Shown here one piece after another: positions 8,590 to 21,372 of a stretch of 33,719 nt of DNA. Within the stretch, counting starts at the first letter, position 1. Every line of letters begins with the position of its first letter. This DNA is from Guillardia theta CCMP2712 (Eukaryota > Protista > Cryptophyta): positions 599,148 through 632,866 of the forward strand of contig NW_005434660.1 in assembly GCF_000315625.1 (NCBI RefSeq), in the 5' to 3' direction. Under the pieces are notes generated by a model. The model was not told the origin of the DNA and did no database searches. It saw only the letters and a list, made by a program, of their open reading frames with translations. A program made the translations under genes and the position numbers.

Positions 8590-9369
8590 GGCCTCGAGGT
8601 AGAGAGTCTTGGCATTGGGCTTATACCTCCGCTGGTTGACTGCACGGCGTCGCCTCGCTCCCTGCCTCCGGGTCGGTCGACGGTCTCCGGCGACTCCACT
8701 GAGCCCCCGGGCCGGGCCCCCGGGCCCGGGCCTGCGGCCGTTCACAGTGACTGGCACTGAACCGGGGTCCTGACCGGGCCACCCGGCGGGCCGTCGGACC
8801 GTCCAGCCCGGGCCGCCGGACACTCACGGTCCGATCCACTCAGGCTGGCCAAACGGCGAGAAGAGAAAAGACAGCGAGAACCAAACCTAATCCTGCCAAC
8901 TGCTGCCCCCCAAACTTAACTGATTTTGCAAGTGGGATCACCTGAGAAGTCTTGCGAGGCTGAGAGGCCTGCCGTCCCCCGGGCCCCTGGCCGGGCCCCC
9001 CACTGGCCCGGGGCCACAGTGACCCCGCGGTGCCCGGCGGCCCCGGCCATTCCCGATGCTGGTAGTTACTACCCAACCCTACCAGGCTACCCTACCCTAC
9101 CCTACCCTACCCGGCGTGCTCCAGGCTGAGCCGAGTCCGAGTGCTACAAGTTCGGACTGATTTTGTTTAAGGGTAGGGTAATGACCCCTACCCCCTAAAG
9201 ATTGGTCATATTAGCGTTTTCGTGTGATGGTCTGGGACCTGGGATTTGAAAAAGCAGCCGCGGGCAGCAGTGAAGGAGGGGTGGGTGGTGAAAGGCTGAA
9301 GACCCGGGGTCAGTAGGGGTGGGTTGCAAGCGATTGCGATGCAGGGTGGAAGGGGCAATTGGGATATGA

Positions 9370-9515
9370 AGAAGAGCGAGGGCGAGGAGAGGGAGAGGAG
9401 CGAGGGCGAGGAGAGGGAGAGGAGCGAGTCTCAGGAGGCTGAAGCATGAGGAGCGAGTCTCAGGAGGCTGAAGCATGAGGAGCGAGTCTCAGGAGGCTGA
9501 AGCGTGAGGAGCGAG
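9370..9515. repeat. Short tandem repeats: 2 x ~22-bp GA-rich unit followed by 3 x 29-bp GAGGAGCGAGTCTCAGGAGGCTGAAGC(A/G)T
   Basis: Directly visible. Confidence 0.85.
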
Positions 9516-9700
9516 TGGGAAGTATGGAGTGATCAACGAACAAGATGTCAAGGAGAAGTGAGTGCAATAAACGGGAGCAAAGCATGCAGGGGGGCAAAGC
9601 TTTCAAGGGAACTTAATCAGGATGTGATGAGGCCATCAGTAGGAGTCAAAGATAGGATCAGTGCATGCCCAGGCAGGAAGAGCGCATAAGTGTTTTGACA

Positions 9701-12700
9701 ATGGCTGAACCAAACTTCTTTAGCGATCTCATCACAAGCAAGTCTGTCAGTCGCCACAACATGTGGAACGGCATTGACAATCAAGGGCGTAGCAGGCCTG
9801 GTGAGCAAATGTCACGTGGCTCTTCGATCCGCTGTGACTTGATGCGTGTACGAGCAGGAGTCCATCAGAATGCATACGCTCCCAACGTGAGGCACCTCAA
9901 CTATGTCGTAAGCGAGATAAAGGGAGGAGCAACACGGTGACATGCCGCTCAGGCTTCTTCTGGAACGTCACCAGGCCTCGTCGTCCGGCAGGGTCCGAGC
10001 CAATCTCATCCGGTGAGGACGCGGCTAGGACCCTCGTGCTGGACGAGAGCAGCAGTGAGAGCTTGATGCCTTCCTGACGCCTTGGCTGCCGCAGAGCCCG
10101 CCGATTCAATCTCTAGCGTTCCAACAAGCAAACGGATATGCGAACACCTTTGCTCCTTTGCAGAGTCATACTCCTTCCAAGTCTCCGCACGCTCAAAGCG
10201 TATACCATCACTCATCGCCTGGATTGCGTTCAAGCTTTCAACACATGGCTCCCTCGGTTTACCGTATCGCTCAAGATCCCTACTCTCAAAACTTCTCTCC
10301 GCAAGCCCAAGAAGTCCCACCCGTCCATATGCAGTTTCACTCTCAGAATGCAGTACATCAACCGAACCGATCTCCTTCATTGAGTTTTCCCGCGCAAACT
10401 TTCATGTATTCAAACAGGTATTCGTCTTACTGTTTTGTTCTTGCATAACCTGGTCCTGACAACACTGTGTTGCAATTCTCAAAAGCTCATATCAGACCCG
10501 ATTACAACAACAGCTTCCAGAGGTGGTAGATGACGATGAAGACGATTATGAAGATGATATCGTCTTGGCGGATGAAAGCGAGCTGGAAGATGCTGAACCT
10601 TCCAAAGAGGTGGACGATGCTTCCGCGAAGAATCATGATGCAGCTAGTACGGATATGGTAGCTTGACAGACTGAAATGCGTTCTACGTTGATTTTCCGTA
10701 CCAGGAAGACAAAGAAACACTTTTACTTGCGCGAAAATTTGGCCAGGACTCACGAGCTAAACGATTGGCAAAGAAAGTCGAGATTGAAAAGAATAGTCAC
10801 AATCAGTTGAGTTCTCAGAGTATGGATATGTTAGAATCTTTGAAAGCATTGAAGGAATCTTCAAACATGAGGTAGACCTTGATTCTTTTCGTACATGTAT
10901 TCAGCTAATTGAAATAGGATCATGGATGTGGCTTACCGAGTGTTTGAGGGAATCAATCGCGAGCTGGATAAAGCCATCGCTTTTGGAAAGGAAAATCGGA
11001 GTGTCACATTTGGAGGAGAAACAACATCAGATCGAATGGTTCCGAGGAATCATAACGGGCGTGCTTGTGATTCCTTGTCGCAGACGACGTTGGGGCTGAT
11101 ACTCGGAGAAAAGGCTGGGATGCAGTGCACCATTTTGGACTTCGTTCCTGGATCTCCAGGATACCTCAACGACAAGATTCGAAAGGGTGACATCATCCGC
11201 CGGGTAAAGGTCCTGATCGCGCGTACAGACTCGCTGACGGAGTCTTGGCACGCTTGCCAGGTCAACGACGTTGAAGCGAATGCAGAGAACATAGAGGCAT
11301 TGCTGCGTGGTAACGATGTTCCTGGAACGACAGTCGGGCTGTTGATTGAAAGAAGAAGCCGAAAAAGACCGTTTGACGTCAACCTGACCAGAGCTCCTGT
11401 CAGTTTTGTTCAGTCGAAATCTCAAGTACACGAGAAGTTACAGCAACTTGCAAATGCGGCGAGTCTGACGGGAGAGGAAGCTCCTATTGAGAGCAATTCT
11501 CTGCTTCGGGACATCAGGAAACAGATTGATTCCATTGATCGCGAATACATGGAGAAGGAGCACGTCCTGGTACTTGCCAACAGCTTCTCTTGTCAGTTTT
11601 GCTTGACCTTCACCTAGATAGGTGAAATTGAATACAAGATCGAATGTCTGAAGGCCGTGCAGAACAAATTATTTGAGTTCTTGATGACTTTCAAGGATAT
11701 TGACGTGAATGTCTCAGCATCCGAACCATTACAACTCAAAGATGCAGGTTCAACGCATCAAGACATAGGTGGTGATAGTTCCTGGCATGAGAAGTCAATC
11801 CTCCAACTTCAAAAGGAATTAGAACAAGCGAACAGTAGAACTGAACATGTTGTACAGCTTCTCAGTGAAGCTACTGAGGTGTTTTACTGAGTGCGGTTTG
11901 TATTTCTTTTCACATGGATCTGTTGTACAGGAGTTAGAACTGTTGAAGGCTGAGAAAACAAGGTCATCTTATCTTTGGGCCTTGGAAGAAGTTGACGAAG
12001 GAATACAGCCCAGAGTCCAACGCGATGACTGATGAACCAAATGTCGACGTGAGATTGAGTTGAATACGTTTTCTAGATGATTTCATTTTAATGCGCAGGG
12101 AAAAGAGGCCCAGATCGATGGGGCACCTAGTTCAGCGGAACTCGAAAGGCTCAAAGAAATCATAAAAGAAAGAGATGCCAACGAAGCATCTCTGAGAGGA
12201 GAACTTGAAGCTTTGGCAAGTCGTGTTAAAGAAGAAGAAAAGCGTCAGAATTCTATTGAGAATGAGCTCGGAAATTGTGGCGGTCAAGTAGCAAGACTAG
12301 AGAGTGACTTGGTGCACATCAGGTCAGACTGCGAGATCATGAGGATGATTGTGTCTTGCCTCATACGCTCAGATGCCGATGCAGGTCTGAGATGTATAGA
12401 CTGATGGACACTGAAGCAAAGGTTCGATTGCTTACAATCAGCCAGGAGACAGAGATTGAGAGATTGAGCGCTGAGTTGCAATCATTGCACTGCCTGAAAG
12501 AGCAGAACATCCAACTAGACTCCGAGGTCATGTCAAGAGACATCACCATCTCGGAGCTCGAGACGTGTTTGAAACAGCTCGAATCCGAGATCGCTGACTT
12601 GCGGTCTCAGCTGCAGGCCAAGGTCAACCGCCACCTCTCCTTCCTCTGCCTTACAGTATGGGACAGGGCGAGGCCGGCAGCGCTGAGTCAGCGATCTCGG

Positions 12701-13755
12701 AGGCACAGACGAAGGAAGACTTGGAGAAGACGGGGAGGTGACGGAAATCGCCAGTGCTTGTGTAAGGTTAACGTGCTTATTAGACTCCGCGAGTTGGAAA
12801 AGATTGTTGAAGAGTTTCAAGTGAGTGCGATGATGTCATATGGGCAAAGGAGTTGATGAGCTCAAACAGCAACGTCAGAAGGAAGTTCAATCGCAGCACG
12901 AGGAAGAAGTGAAGCCTCCTGCTCCTATTGCTGCCTCTGATCTCTCCCTGCCAACCCCAGGTGACCATCATGCGACAAAGAGCTGACATCGCCATCGAGG
13001 AGCTCGCCAAGATCCGCAAAGAGAACATGCGGCTGTCCGAAAGCATCGAGGAGCTGCACTCCCTCCGCCAACGTACGGCACGCTGCCCTGCTGCTTGATG
13101 TGACTCCCCTCTGCAGGAAACTCTACTCTTGAGACCGAGCTGGAGCATAACGTCGGCGTCCAGCTGAGTGAGTTGCAGAAGTCGCTGCAGGGAGGAACGT
13201 CGACACAGGCACAGGGAGGGGCGAGCATGAGTGCGCTCCTCCGGAACCTGCAGCGAGTAGAGCAGGAGAACCAAGAGCTCACGCGCAAACTGGAGCAGGA
13301 GAGAACCAACGTGATGGAGCTAAGGGTGCTGCAAGACCAGTACGGGGCTGAGCGAGAGGTGCTTGTGCTCGTGTCTCTTGCTTCGTCATGTTCACGTGGA
13401 GCAGGCGCTGCTGGTGGAGCTCAACGGGGCGACGTCTGAGAGTCGCCTGGTCACTCTGAAAGCCAACCACGCCTCTGCTGCCAACTACGCGCTGCGCATG
13501 GAGCTGGAGGAGGCGAAGCGGAAGATTCAGACGCTAGAGGCTCTGAGCGAGGCAGAGCACTGGTTTCAACCCCCCGCACTCCGCCAGAGCTACGAGGCCT
13601 CTCACTCGCAAGGCCCCCGGACGTGGCGGCGAGAGGCGCATGAGGAGGGGCTGCATCGCGTGCAGTTCGTTCAAGTGCCGTACCAGCAGAGCTCGACGGA
13701 CTCGACGGGCCGGAGGTCTCAAGACGTGCCGGTCAAGTTCGTGACGAGACAGTGA
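9701..13755 (+). CDS. Multi-exon PDZ-domain and long coiled-coil protein
   Basis: PDZ-like text at ~11085-11390: TTLGLILGE...TILDFVPGSPGYLNDKIRKGDII..VNDVEA....IEALLRGNDVPGTTVGLLIER, with a short intron inside. Downstream exons are heptad-rich (EIERLSAELQSL; LQRVEQENQELTRKLEQER) and end ...VPVKFVTRQ* at 13755. The start MAEPNFF at 9701 is a guess, and the span may be more than one gene. Confidence 0.65.
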
Positions 13756-13827
13756 CTGAGGTCGCTATCTCTCTTTACTTACATCCCCTCCTCCGGGTAC
13801 AAACTTGTTGGACATGTTACAAAGAGC

Positions 13828-16365
13828 CTACAGACCGATGCTGAAGGATCTCCCGTTGACGTTATTTACAGGGCCCACCGACGGGGCCACCACCGCCCAC
13901 TCATACCAGACCTTCTTGTCCCCCACGCACCTCGACAGTTGAAGCTCGATCTCCTCCCCTTTGCCCACAAACCTGCTCGCGCGTCAGTCCCCCCCCGCAG
14001 CCTCTCGATCGCTCACATGGGCGTTCGAATGGGGAAGAAGAGCGGAAACCAACTGAACATGCCAGTCGAGAACGTCTCGGGGTAGATGGATATGTGGACA
14101 TCAGCATACAGTAGCGCGTCGAAGTAGCCCGCAAACCCATGCAAGCAGGAGCTCCGCTTGACTTGGAACCTGTGTCTGCTCTGCCTTGAGTTGTCGATTG
14201 GAACTTCCCGGTTGGGGTGGCTGAAAGTCCAACACTCCTGCGCGTCGCTGAGGACTTTATGCGTGTGCATCTTGACGACGTAGGTGGTCTCGAAGTGCTT
14301 CACGTCGTTGTACGCCTTCACCTCCTGGTGCAGCTTGCTGGAGCTGATGGGAGCGATCCAAGACGTATACGAGACAGGGATGCTGATCCCTGTGTCCGGA
14401 CGGAGAAAACGCTGAGCTCCATCCAGACACTCGGGAGAGAGCTCGTTATCTCCAAAGGATCCCAGGAGCTCGCTGACTAGGATATCAGCCTTGACGGGAG
14501 GCGAGAAGTCTCGCATGTCCGACTGCACCACTTCCACTCGATCCGCCCAGTTCTCCGTTACTCGCATGTTCCTGTGCTGGCGTGTGAGTTCAAGCCAGAG
14601 AGTGTCACATGTTGGAAGTTTGGTGGCTCAGCAGCACATTCGGTGCAGCCAAGTGAATAAACATCCGCGATATCTCGCGAGACTTCAGCACCACATCGTC
14701 ACATCAAAGTGACGTTGGCGACTCTAATAGTCTCGCTGCTTCGGGCACATGCGGCACCCAACGCCTCCGCCCTTCTGCCTTCACTTGCCTGAGTGTGACG
14801 ACGGCGTTGGGGTTCTTGTCCAGCGCATAGACAAAGATGGCGATATTTGCTCGCTCCGACGCCCTCAAAGAAGCTCGCACGAGAGGTCCCCGTCCTGCCC
14901 CAACCACCATTACGATGAACGGATCCTGTCGAAATCCAAAATTTGCTTGCAAATCAATCAGCGCCAGGTACACAGCCTGGTAGTCAGTCAGCGAAACTTG
15001 AAGGGCTTCAAGGAATACAAGACAAGGGTCTAGTGGATGGAGGAGGAGCGAGACTGGACCTGCTCGTAATTGACGTATTTGACGGGGTCCTTCTCGAACA
15101 CTTCGTACGTCTGCGACTCGAGGTTGTCGGCCAGCGGCTGCAGAGGAATCTGACAACAGGAGCATCAGTGTAGCAGAGGCGACGTGAGCCGAAGCGCGTT
15201 GACAGCACGGGAGCAATCAGAAGCGTATTGAATCATCGAGTTCTCATGTCATGTAGACCCACGCAAATACTCATCACATCGCTCTCCTCCTCCTCCTCCT
15301 CCTCTCTGCCTCTTGTCAGTGGTAACATACCTGGAGGAAGTCCCAGTAAGGCTGCTCGAAGCGTTCGGAGTCCGAGAGAGGAGTACGCGAGGAGAAGAGG
15401 TGCTGAAGGTACTGGGAGTACACGAGAAGCCCTCCTTCGTGGCGCGGCCTACCTGACACTGCCACCTCCACGTTGTACCAGAAGAAGGAGCGCAAGAAGT
15501 TTTGATGCCGCTTGGAGAGAACGGGAAAACCAGAGGTGTTGGTGAGGAAGATGGACGTGGGTAGGATGAGCAGCTTGACGGGCTCGCAGAGCCACTGGGT
15601 GAGAGTCTCGTCGGTCGGGAGGTCAGATGTAACTTCCAGCGCTACGAACAAGCAGAAATGATGCTCGCACAGCATCCTCACGCTGTTCCACGTTTCCCAG
15701 GGATCCTTGTCGCTGTCCGGGTCATCCTTCCACGTCAGCGGCATGTGCACATAGATGCTCGTGCCTCCGGAGGCAGCGATCTGAGAGTAGAGGCAGCGAG
15801 CATAGTTGTTGCAGGATCGACCGGGGGGGGGGGCGATGACGGCAGGGCACGAGATGTGATGCGCCCATGCCATCTCCTGCTTGAGTGCCTGCTCAGAGTC
15901 CATGCGAACCTTGTGGCAGGGAGAATCGAAGTTGAGCCATGGCGAGAGCGAGCCGATGACATTGCTGCTCCAGATGTTGGAGGGCAACGTGAGGTCTGAA
16001 CGCGTGAAAGGCTCTGACCTCTCCGTCCTCCCGCTGAACTCACGGCGAGCTCGTGGATGCACAAGCGGCAAGACAGCAAAGTACATCTCATTTCGAGAAA
16101 CGACATCAATGCACTGCTGGGCGCTGCCAGAAAAAATCAACTGGGAAAACGAAACAAGAGCCTCACTCGCTTCATTTATCCTCCCTCTCCACCACCCGAC
16201 CCTTTCTTTCCCCATCTCATCTACTCACATCTTCTTCTCTCATCTTCTTCTCTCATCTTCTTCTCTCATCTTCTTCTCTCATCTTCTTCTCTCATCCTCT
16301 TCTCTCATCCTCTTCGCTTACTTGGTTGCGCATGAGAAAATGCGGCCGACCCGCAGCTCCTGCAT
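13828..16365 (-). CDS. PRMT5: Protein arginine N-methyltransferase 5 (Skb1/Hsl7 family), multi-exon
   Basis: TIM-barrel part: [56 protein letters not shown] motif [12 protein letters not shown] and DKNPNA. Double-E loop [25 protein letters not shown]; HGFAGYF; [12 protein letters not shown]; C-terminus [12 protein letters not shown]. Confidence 0.97.
16228..16312. repeat. (ATCTTCTTCTCTC)n 13-bp repeat in the first PRMT5 intron
   Basis: About 6 copies are visible; the tract lies between the first exon (donor ~16321) and the second exon. Confidence 0.85.
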
Positions 16366-16636
16366 CCTCACGTGCCGCGGTGTGCCCCACATCCCCGCTG
16401 CATTTTATTGATTGTGATACTTCAACATACTACAGCAAATTTGAAAAATAAGAAGCTGAGTGAGATGAAATTATGCTCTGAGCCATGAAATCAAAATTTC
16501 GAGCAGACTTCGTATTGCTTGACTAATATTTGTTGATGCCCCTGGTCTAGCCCTGAGGCGGACTTGATTCTTCGTCAAAAGGAGGCAATGAGGGTAGGGA
16601 AGCGACGATGAGGACGAGGGAAGGAGGAAACAAAAC

Positions 16637-17040
16637 GAAGGTAGACAAGAAGCTGTCTGAAGGTAGACAAGAAGCTGTCTGAAGGTAGACAAGAAGCTGT
16701 CTGAAGGTAGACAAGAAGCTGTCTGAAGGTAGACAAGAAGCTGTCTGAAGGTAGACAAGAAGCTGTCTGAAGGTAGACAAGAAGCTGTCTGAAGGTAGAC
16801 AAGAAGCTGTCTGAAGGTAGACAAGAAGCTGTCTGAATGTAGACAAGAAGCTGTCTGAAGGTAGACAAGAAGCTGTCTGAAGGTAGACAAGAAGCTGTCT
16901 GAAGGTAGACAAGAAGCTGTCTGAAGGTAGACAAGAAGCTGTCTGAAGGTAGACAAGAAGCTGTCTGAAGGTAGACAAGAAGCTGTCTGAAGGTAGACAA
17001 GAAGCTGTCTGAAGGTAGACAAGAAGCTGTCTGAAGGTAG
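16637..17040. repeat. 22-bp minisatellite GAAGGTAGACAAGAAGCTGTCT, ~18.4 near-identical copies
   Basis: Perfect tandem copies with one variant seen (GAATGTAG near 16835), located between the divergent PRMT5 and ChaC starts. Confidence 0.97.
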
Positions 17041-17180
17041 GATAGGTCTTGCAAAGACAGCTAAGGTTGTTAAAGTGTGATGGTACAGATGTTTTAGCGT
17101 TTCTCATATTGTGGTGATCTACCAGGGTCTTGATGTCGGGGGTGCTGACTGTCTGTTGAGCAGCAGCGACTCAGTCAACC

Positions 17181-18243
17181 ATGAAGCCTAACCTACAAGG
17201 TGAAGTCTCTGTCCTACATCGCGAGTCGTGAATAGCACGTCAGGCATGGTCTGGGTATTTGGTTACGGCTCGCTGGTTTGGAAACCTCCGGAGGGATTCC
17301 GTGCGAGTACTTCACTTCCTGCTGCAATCAAGGGCTGGTAAGCTAGAGAATTCCCTCCTCCTCCCTCCTCTCCTTGCTGCTCCTCTCCTCCTCCCCCTCG
17401 CTATCCTTCCCTTCTCCTCTCCTCTCCCTGTCATCCCTCTCGCTGCTCTCCAGACGTCGCTCGGCAGGAAAAGGCGGCTGTGGCAGGGGTCTACGGATCA
17501 CCGGGGAGTGCCTCAACGACCAGGACTTGTGGCGACTCTCATCGAGACTTCCAAGCTGCGGGAGAGTGAGGGCAACAAGGAAGGGGAGGACGAGCTGTAC
17601 GCCTGCATGCGCCCAGCAGCTTGTTTGACATGAGGGGCAGGTGCTGGGGGATGTGCTATGGTTATGAGGAGGAGGACAGGGAAAAGATCCTCGCATACCT
17701 CGACTACAGGTCCTCGACCCCTTGACGGGACTGTCGTTTGAGACCATGCAGGGAGAAGGACGGCTACGATCGACTGCTCGTGGATGTCTTCCTTCCGAAA
17801 GACAGAGGTGGCGCTGAGCTGGAGGCGCAAGACTGTGCGAGCATCTCGAACGTCCTGCTCTACATCGCGACCACAGACAACAAGTGAGATCAAGATGCCT
17901 TAGCCTCCCTGACGACGAGCAGACAGTTTCTTGGCCCGCTCAGTGAGGAGCAGGTGGCTGAAACCATCGCCTCGAGGTCCGCCACTTCTCTTCTCCTCAT
18001 CCCCTGACGTCACCAGTGTTGGTCCGAGCGGCACCAACGCCGAGTATCTCTTGAAGCTGGCGGAGGCGTTGAGGGGCATGCGGGTGATGCAGAGAGGGAG
18101 GGGAAGGGAGGAGCTCACTCAAGTAGGTGAGGGACGAGCATGTCTTCCGCGTCGAGCAGCTTGTCGAGCAGCTTCCAACGCCTCCTGTGGGCGCCCGGGT
18201 GAGATGTGGTGAAGAGCTTCGAGCACTGAGGGAGAGCAGGTGA
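17181..18243 (+). CDS. chaC: ChaC glutathione-specific gamma-glutamylcyclotransferase, multi-exon
   Basis: [13 protein letters not shown]; [23 protein letters not shown]; [13 protein letters not shown]; [10 protein letters not shown]; FLGP; [19 protein letters not shown]; DEHVF. The 3' end is approximate. Confidence 0.92.
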
Positions 18244-18724
18244 GCGCCTTCGAGGGCTGCGGGAGATACCGAGGAGACGGAGGCTGGATGCTTCAGAAGC
18301 TCTGGGACGTGAGGAGCTGGCTGGAAGTTCCCGCGACCCCTGGAATGTTTCGAGGTGGGTAGTCAACGGGCTATCAGGAATTTTGACTTGAGTCAGCTCC
18401 TCTCGCCCCGGCAGCCTCAGCAGATGAGGTGCTCAAGTCTATCGGCTGGCCGCCTTCCATGCGCGTTCGTGAGGTCAAAGCGGCTCGAGGTCCTGCGAGG
18501 TTGCGTCCAAGCTCTCGTGACCGTCGTGACGCAGAAGCGGAAGGAGGCCGCGTGACTGCAGCTCATTTCCCGTGCGGAGGAGGCCTCATGTGGTCTCAGC
18601 ATACTCGAGAGCAGGAGGAGAGCTTTCTCCTGCTCTTGACTGAGTCTGCTTGGCACAAGGAGTGGGCGAGACTGACAGAAGGGGAGGAGGCGGAGGAACG
18701 GCTGCTCGAGTAACCCAAACCTTT

Positions 18725-20736
18725 TCATGTCAAGCTCTCCATCCCTCGATTTCTCACCAGCTGTGGATCCCCTGCTGGAATCCAGTTTATGAAGACCAGC
18801 GGCACCAGCTAGCATCGCGTCAGCGGCAGCGGCGGCGGCGGCAGCAGCAGCTTACCGAGCTCACATTGCATATGGTGACAAGCAACCAGAAGTGATCTAG
18901 GTTGGAAGAAGAGACGCCGAGCCACCTGCACTCTCTTTCAACTGCTCGCCTCCTCCCTCCCCCTCCTCTCACATGGTGATGAGAGCGCCCAACTGAGACC
19001 CCAGCACTCCCCCCTGAGAGAACCTGCGTGAGTGTGTGGCAGGCGAAGGGCCGAGAACTCACCAGGTTGTTGATGGACATGATGAGCGCGTACATGGTCG
19101 CCTCCATGCCTTCCGGGCAGAGTCGACTCGCGAGGACGATGATGGGCATGGTAGAGATCCACCCAACCACCGCCTGCACCGCACCCTCTCCGAGACAGAA
19201 CCACTCGTCGGGGATGTTCCACTGAGACACGTGAGGAGGAGGACGCGAAGAGCAAGCGGACCTGTCGGTTGACGTGGAAGACGAGGACCAAGTTGGATAA
19301 CCCGAGGACGGAGGACACGATGGTACCCCAGCTGTATCGCTCTCACTGTGACCGAAGCACCCGAGTCACTTACAGGAGCAGCGGACGGAAAGGCAGAGTC
19401 CTTAGGAAGGACTTGCAGCATGAGTTAGGACGAAGCAAGCTTGATGCGGAGGACCTGAAAGAGGATCACTCCCGCTAGGTTGAAGATCGACCCCACGACG
19501 TTGATGGTCCCGAGAAACTCAGCGGAGAACCCTACACCTGCTCCTACTCACCTCACGTCCCGCACGTCGCAGACTTACCGAGAGGAGGCTTCGAACTGTA
19601 GAAGTAAAACCACGCGCTGAGTCCAGCACGTCAGCCTCTGCGATTGCGTGCTGGCAGGCATCCTGTCTCGCACCTTCCTGTCGACGGCGTCGCGTTGAGC
19701 ATGAAAATGAAGAGAGTAGGATAAAGGATCTCCGGCATCATCAGCGTGAGGTACAAGGCCCTAACCTTGTTGCTCAGGTCTGAGGGATCCAGCTTGTCTG
19801 ACTCCCTCTGACAGGCCATCGCTCTCAGCGAACACAGCAGCTCGCAAGCACTCAAAGTCACCCGTTTCTCGGGTGACAGCAGCGACAATGGCACGAGGGT
19901 GAGGGGGAAGACGGCGGAGAGGAGGAAGACCTGCGCTTGAACGTCGTCACGTCGATGGGTTCGGGCATGATGACGTCACCTGCCGGTCTGACATGATTTC
20001 CAGCAGGTAGCTGAGCAGGCGGGTCAGGCGTGGACCGCAACGAGGGAGCTGCGTACCCGCCAAGGAAGGAAGAGATCAAGGAACCGACAGAAGCGGCTCC
20101 CCACACAACTGACTGCCGCCAACATCTCAAGGGAAACGATGCGCTCGGGAGAGGATACCTGGAGGTGCGATGCGAACTCTTGCGTCTCCCCCTGTCGCAC
20201 ACAGCATGAGCTTGCCTCGGCAAAGCAGTACTGGTCACCTGTGACCTCTCTACCAGGATCGCCTCTGCCATGACGTTGGCAACTGCCATTCCAGCGGACC
20301 CGAACGTCATGCAGACACCTCCCGTCCATGGATCATTAACGTATGTCGCCATGTAAATCCAACTTAATGCAGCAGCAGCTCCTCCAAGGGCGAGGTAGGG
20401 GCGACGACGAAAGCCAAGCAATGGGTAGGCATCAGACAAGAAGCCGTAGATAGGCTTGCAGGTCCATGGAAGAGCAGAGATTGAAGAGATGGAGGAGAGC
20501 AGAGCAGGATCAGCCTTGAGGGTCGACTTGTAGAAGTAACTGAGAGCAAGACTGGATAAACCACCCATGCCTTCAAGGAAAAGAACCCAAGAACAGACAA
20601 GGTAGACTCTGAATCCCACACGTTCTTTTGATCCTCCTCTATCTGGTATCTCTTCTTTCGCTCTCTTCTCTCTCCTCTCTCCTCTCTCCCATTCTTCGGC
20701 TTGTGATAGCAACGGAGTTTCCTCCCAACTCGCCAT
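18725..20736 (-). CDS. BT1-family folate-biopterin transporter (MFS), multi-exon
   Basis: LALSYFYKSTLKADPA...SALPWTCKPIYGFLSDAYPLLGFRRRPYL; AVANVMAEAILVERS; PEILYPTLFIFMLNATPS; MPIIVLASRLCPEGMEATMYALIMSINNL; last exon LVPLVFINWIP. Confidence 0.92.
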
Positions 20737-21372
20737 CCCGACGCTCCGATACTGTGTCCTCGTCCCCGCACACACCCTTTGTGCCGCCCGGCCAGCCACT
20801 CAGCGGCCGGCCGGCAGCCGCCCGGCGGCCTGACCGTCAGTGAGCCGCGGCACTGAGCCGGGCCCGGCGCGGCGGCAGTGCCCGGCGGCGGCCCGCCGGG
20901 CCGGGCCAACAGTGACACCGTCACCGGCTGAGCTTCCGAAGTTCGTCGACGAGCCCGGGCCCCTCCGCCGAGGAGGCCCTCTGGCAGCCGGGCGGCTGCT
21001 CAGTGCACTACACCACGGGCCATGTCAGACTCCGCCGCTTTCTTCGGCTCAGCAGCACTTCGGAGGCACTTCAGTTTTTACCCCTCGGGGTTTTGCGAGT
21101 AAAACTTGAAACTGGAAGTGATGGAGCGTATGCCAGCCGTGCCAGTCAGCATGATAGTAGCGCCGAGTTACCGTACGAAAACTCTCCCGGAGTCCTGTAA
21201 ACCCAGACAACTTACGTGTTTCGAGGCGGCCAATGTAGCGTGTGGGACGAAGAGGGGGCTTTCCTAGCCGTCTTGCTAAGGTCCTCTCATGTCTGGATGC
21301 TTGGGTTTCACATCCTAGCATACAGTCTATCTCTCATGTGCTCCTCAATTCTGGTTTTTGTGTGCATTAAAC

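Noticed and set aside
9088-9112. Interstitial telomeric repeat
   Set aside because: The unit is the 5-mer CCCTA, not CCCTAA or CCCTAAA, and there are only about 5 copies.
16637-17040. CRISPR array
   Set aside because: Head-to-tail repeats with no spacers.
16471-17107. Three long minus-strand ORFs (159-186 aa)
   Set aside because: Artefacts of a stop-free 22-bp tandem repeat read in all three frames.
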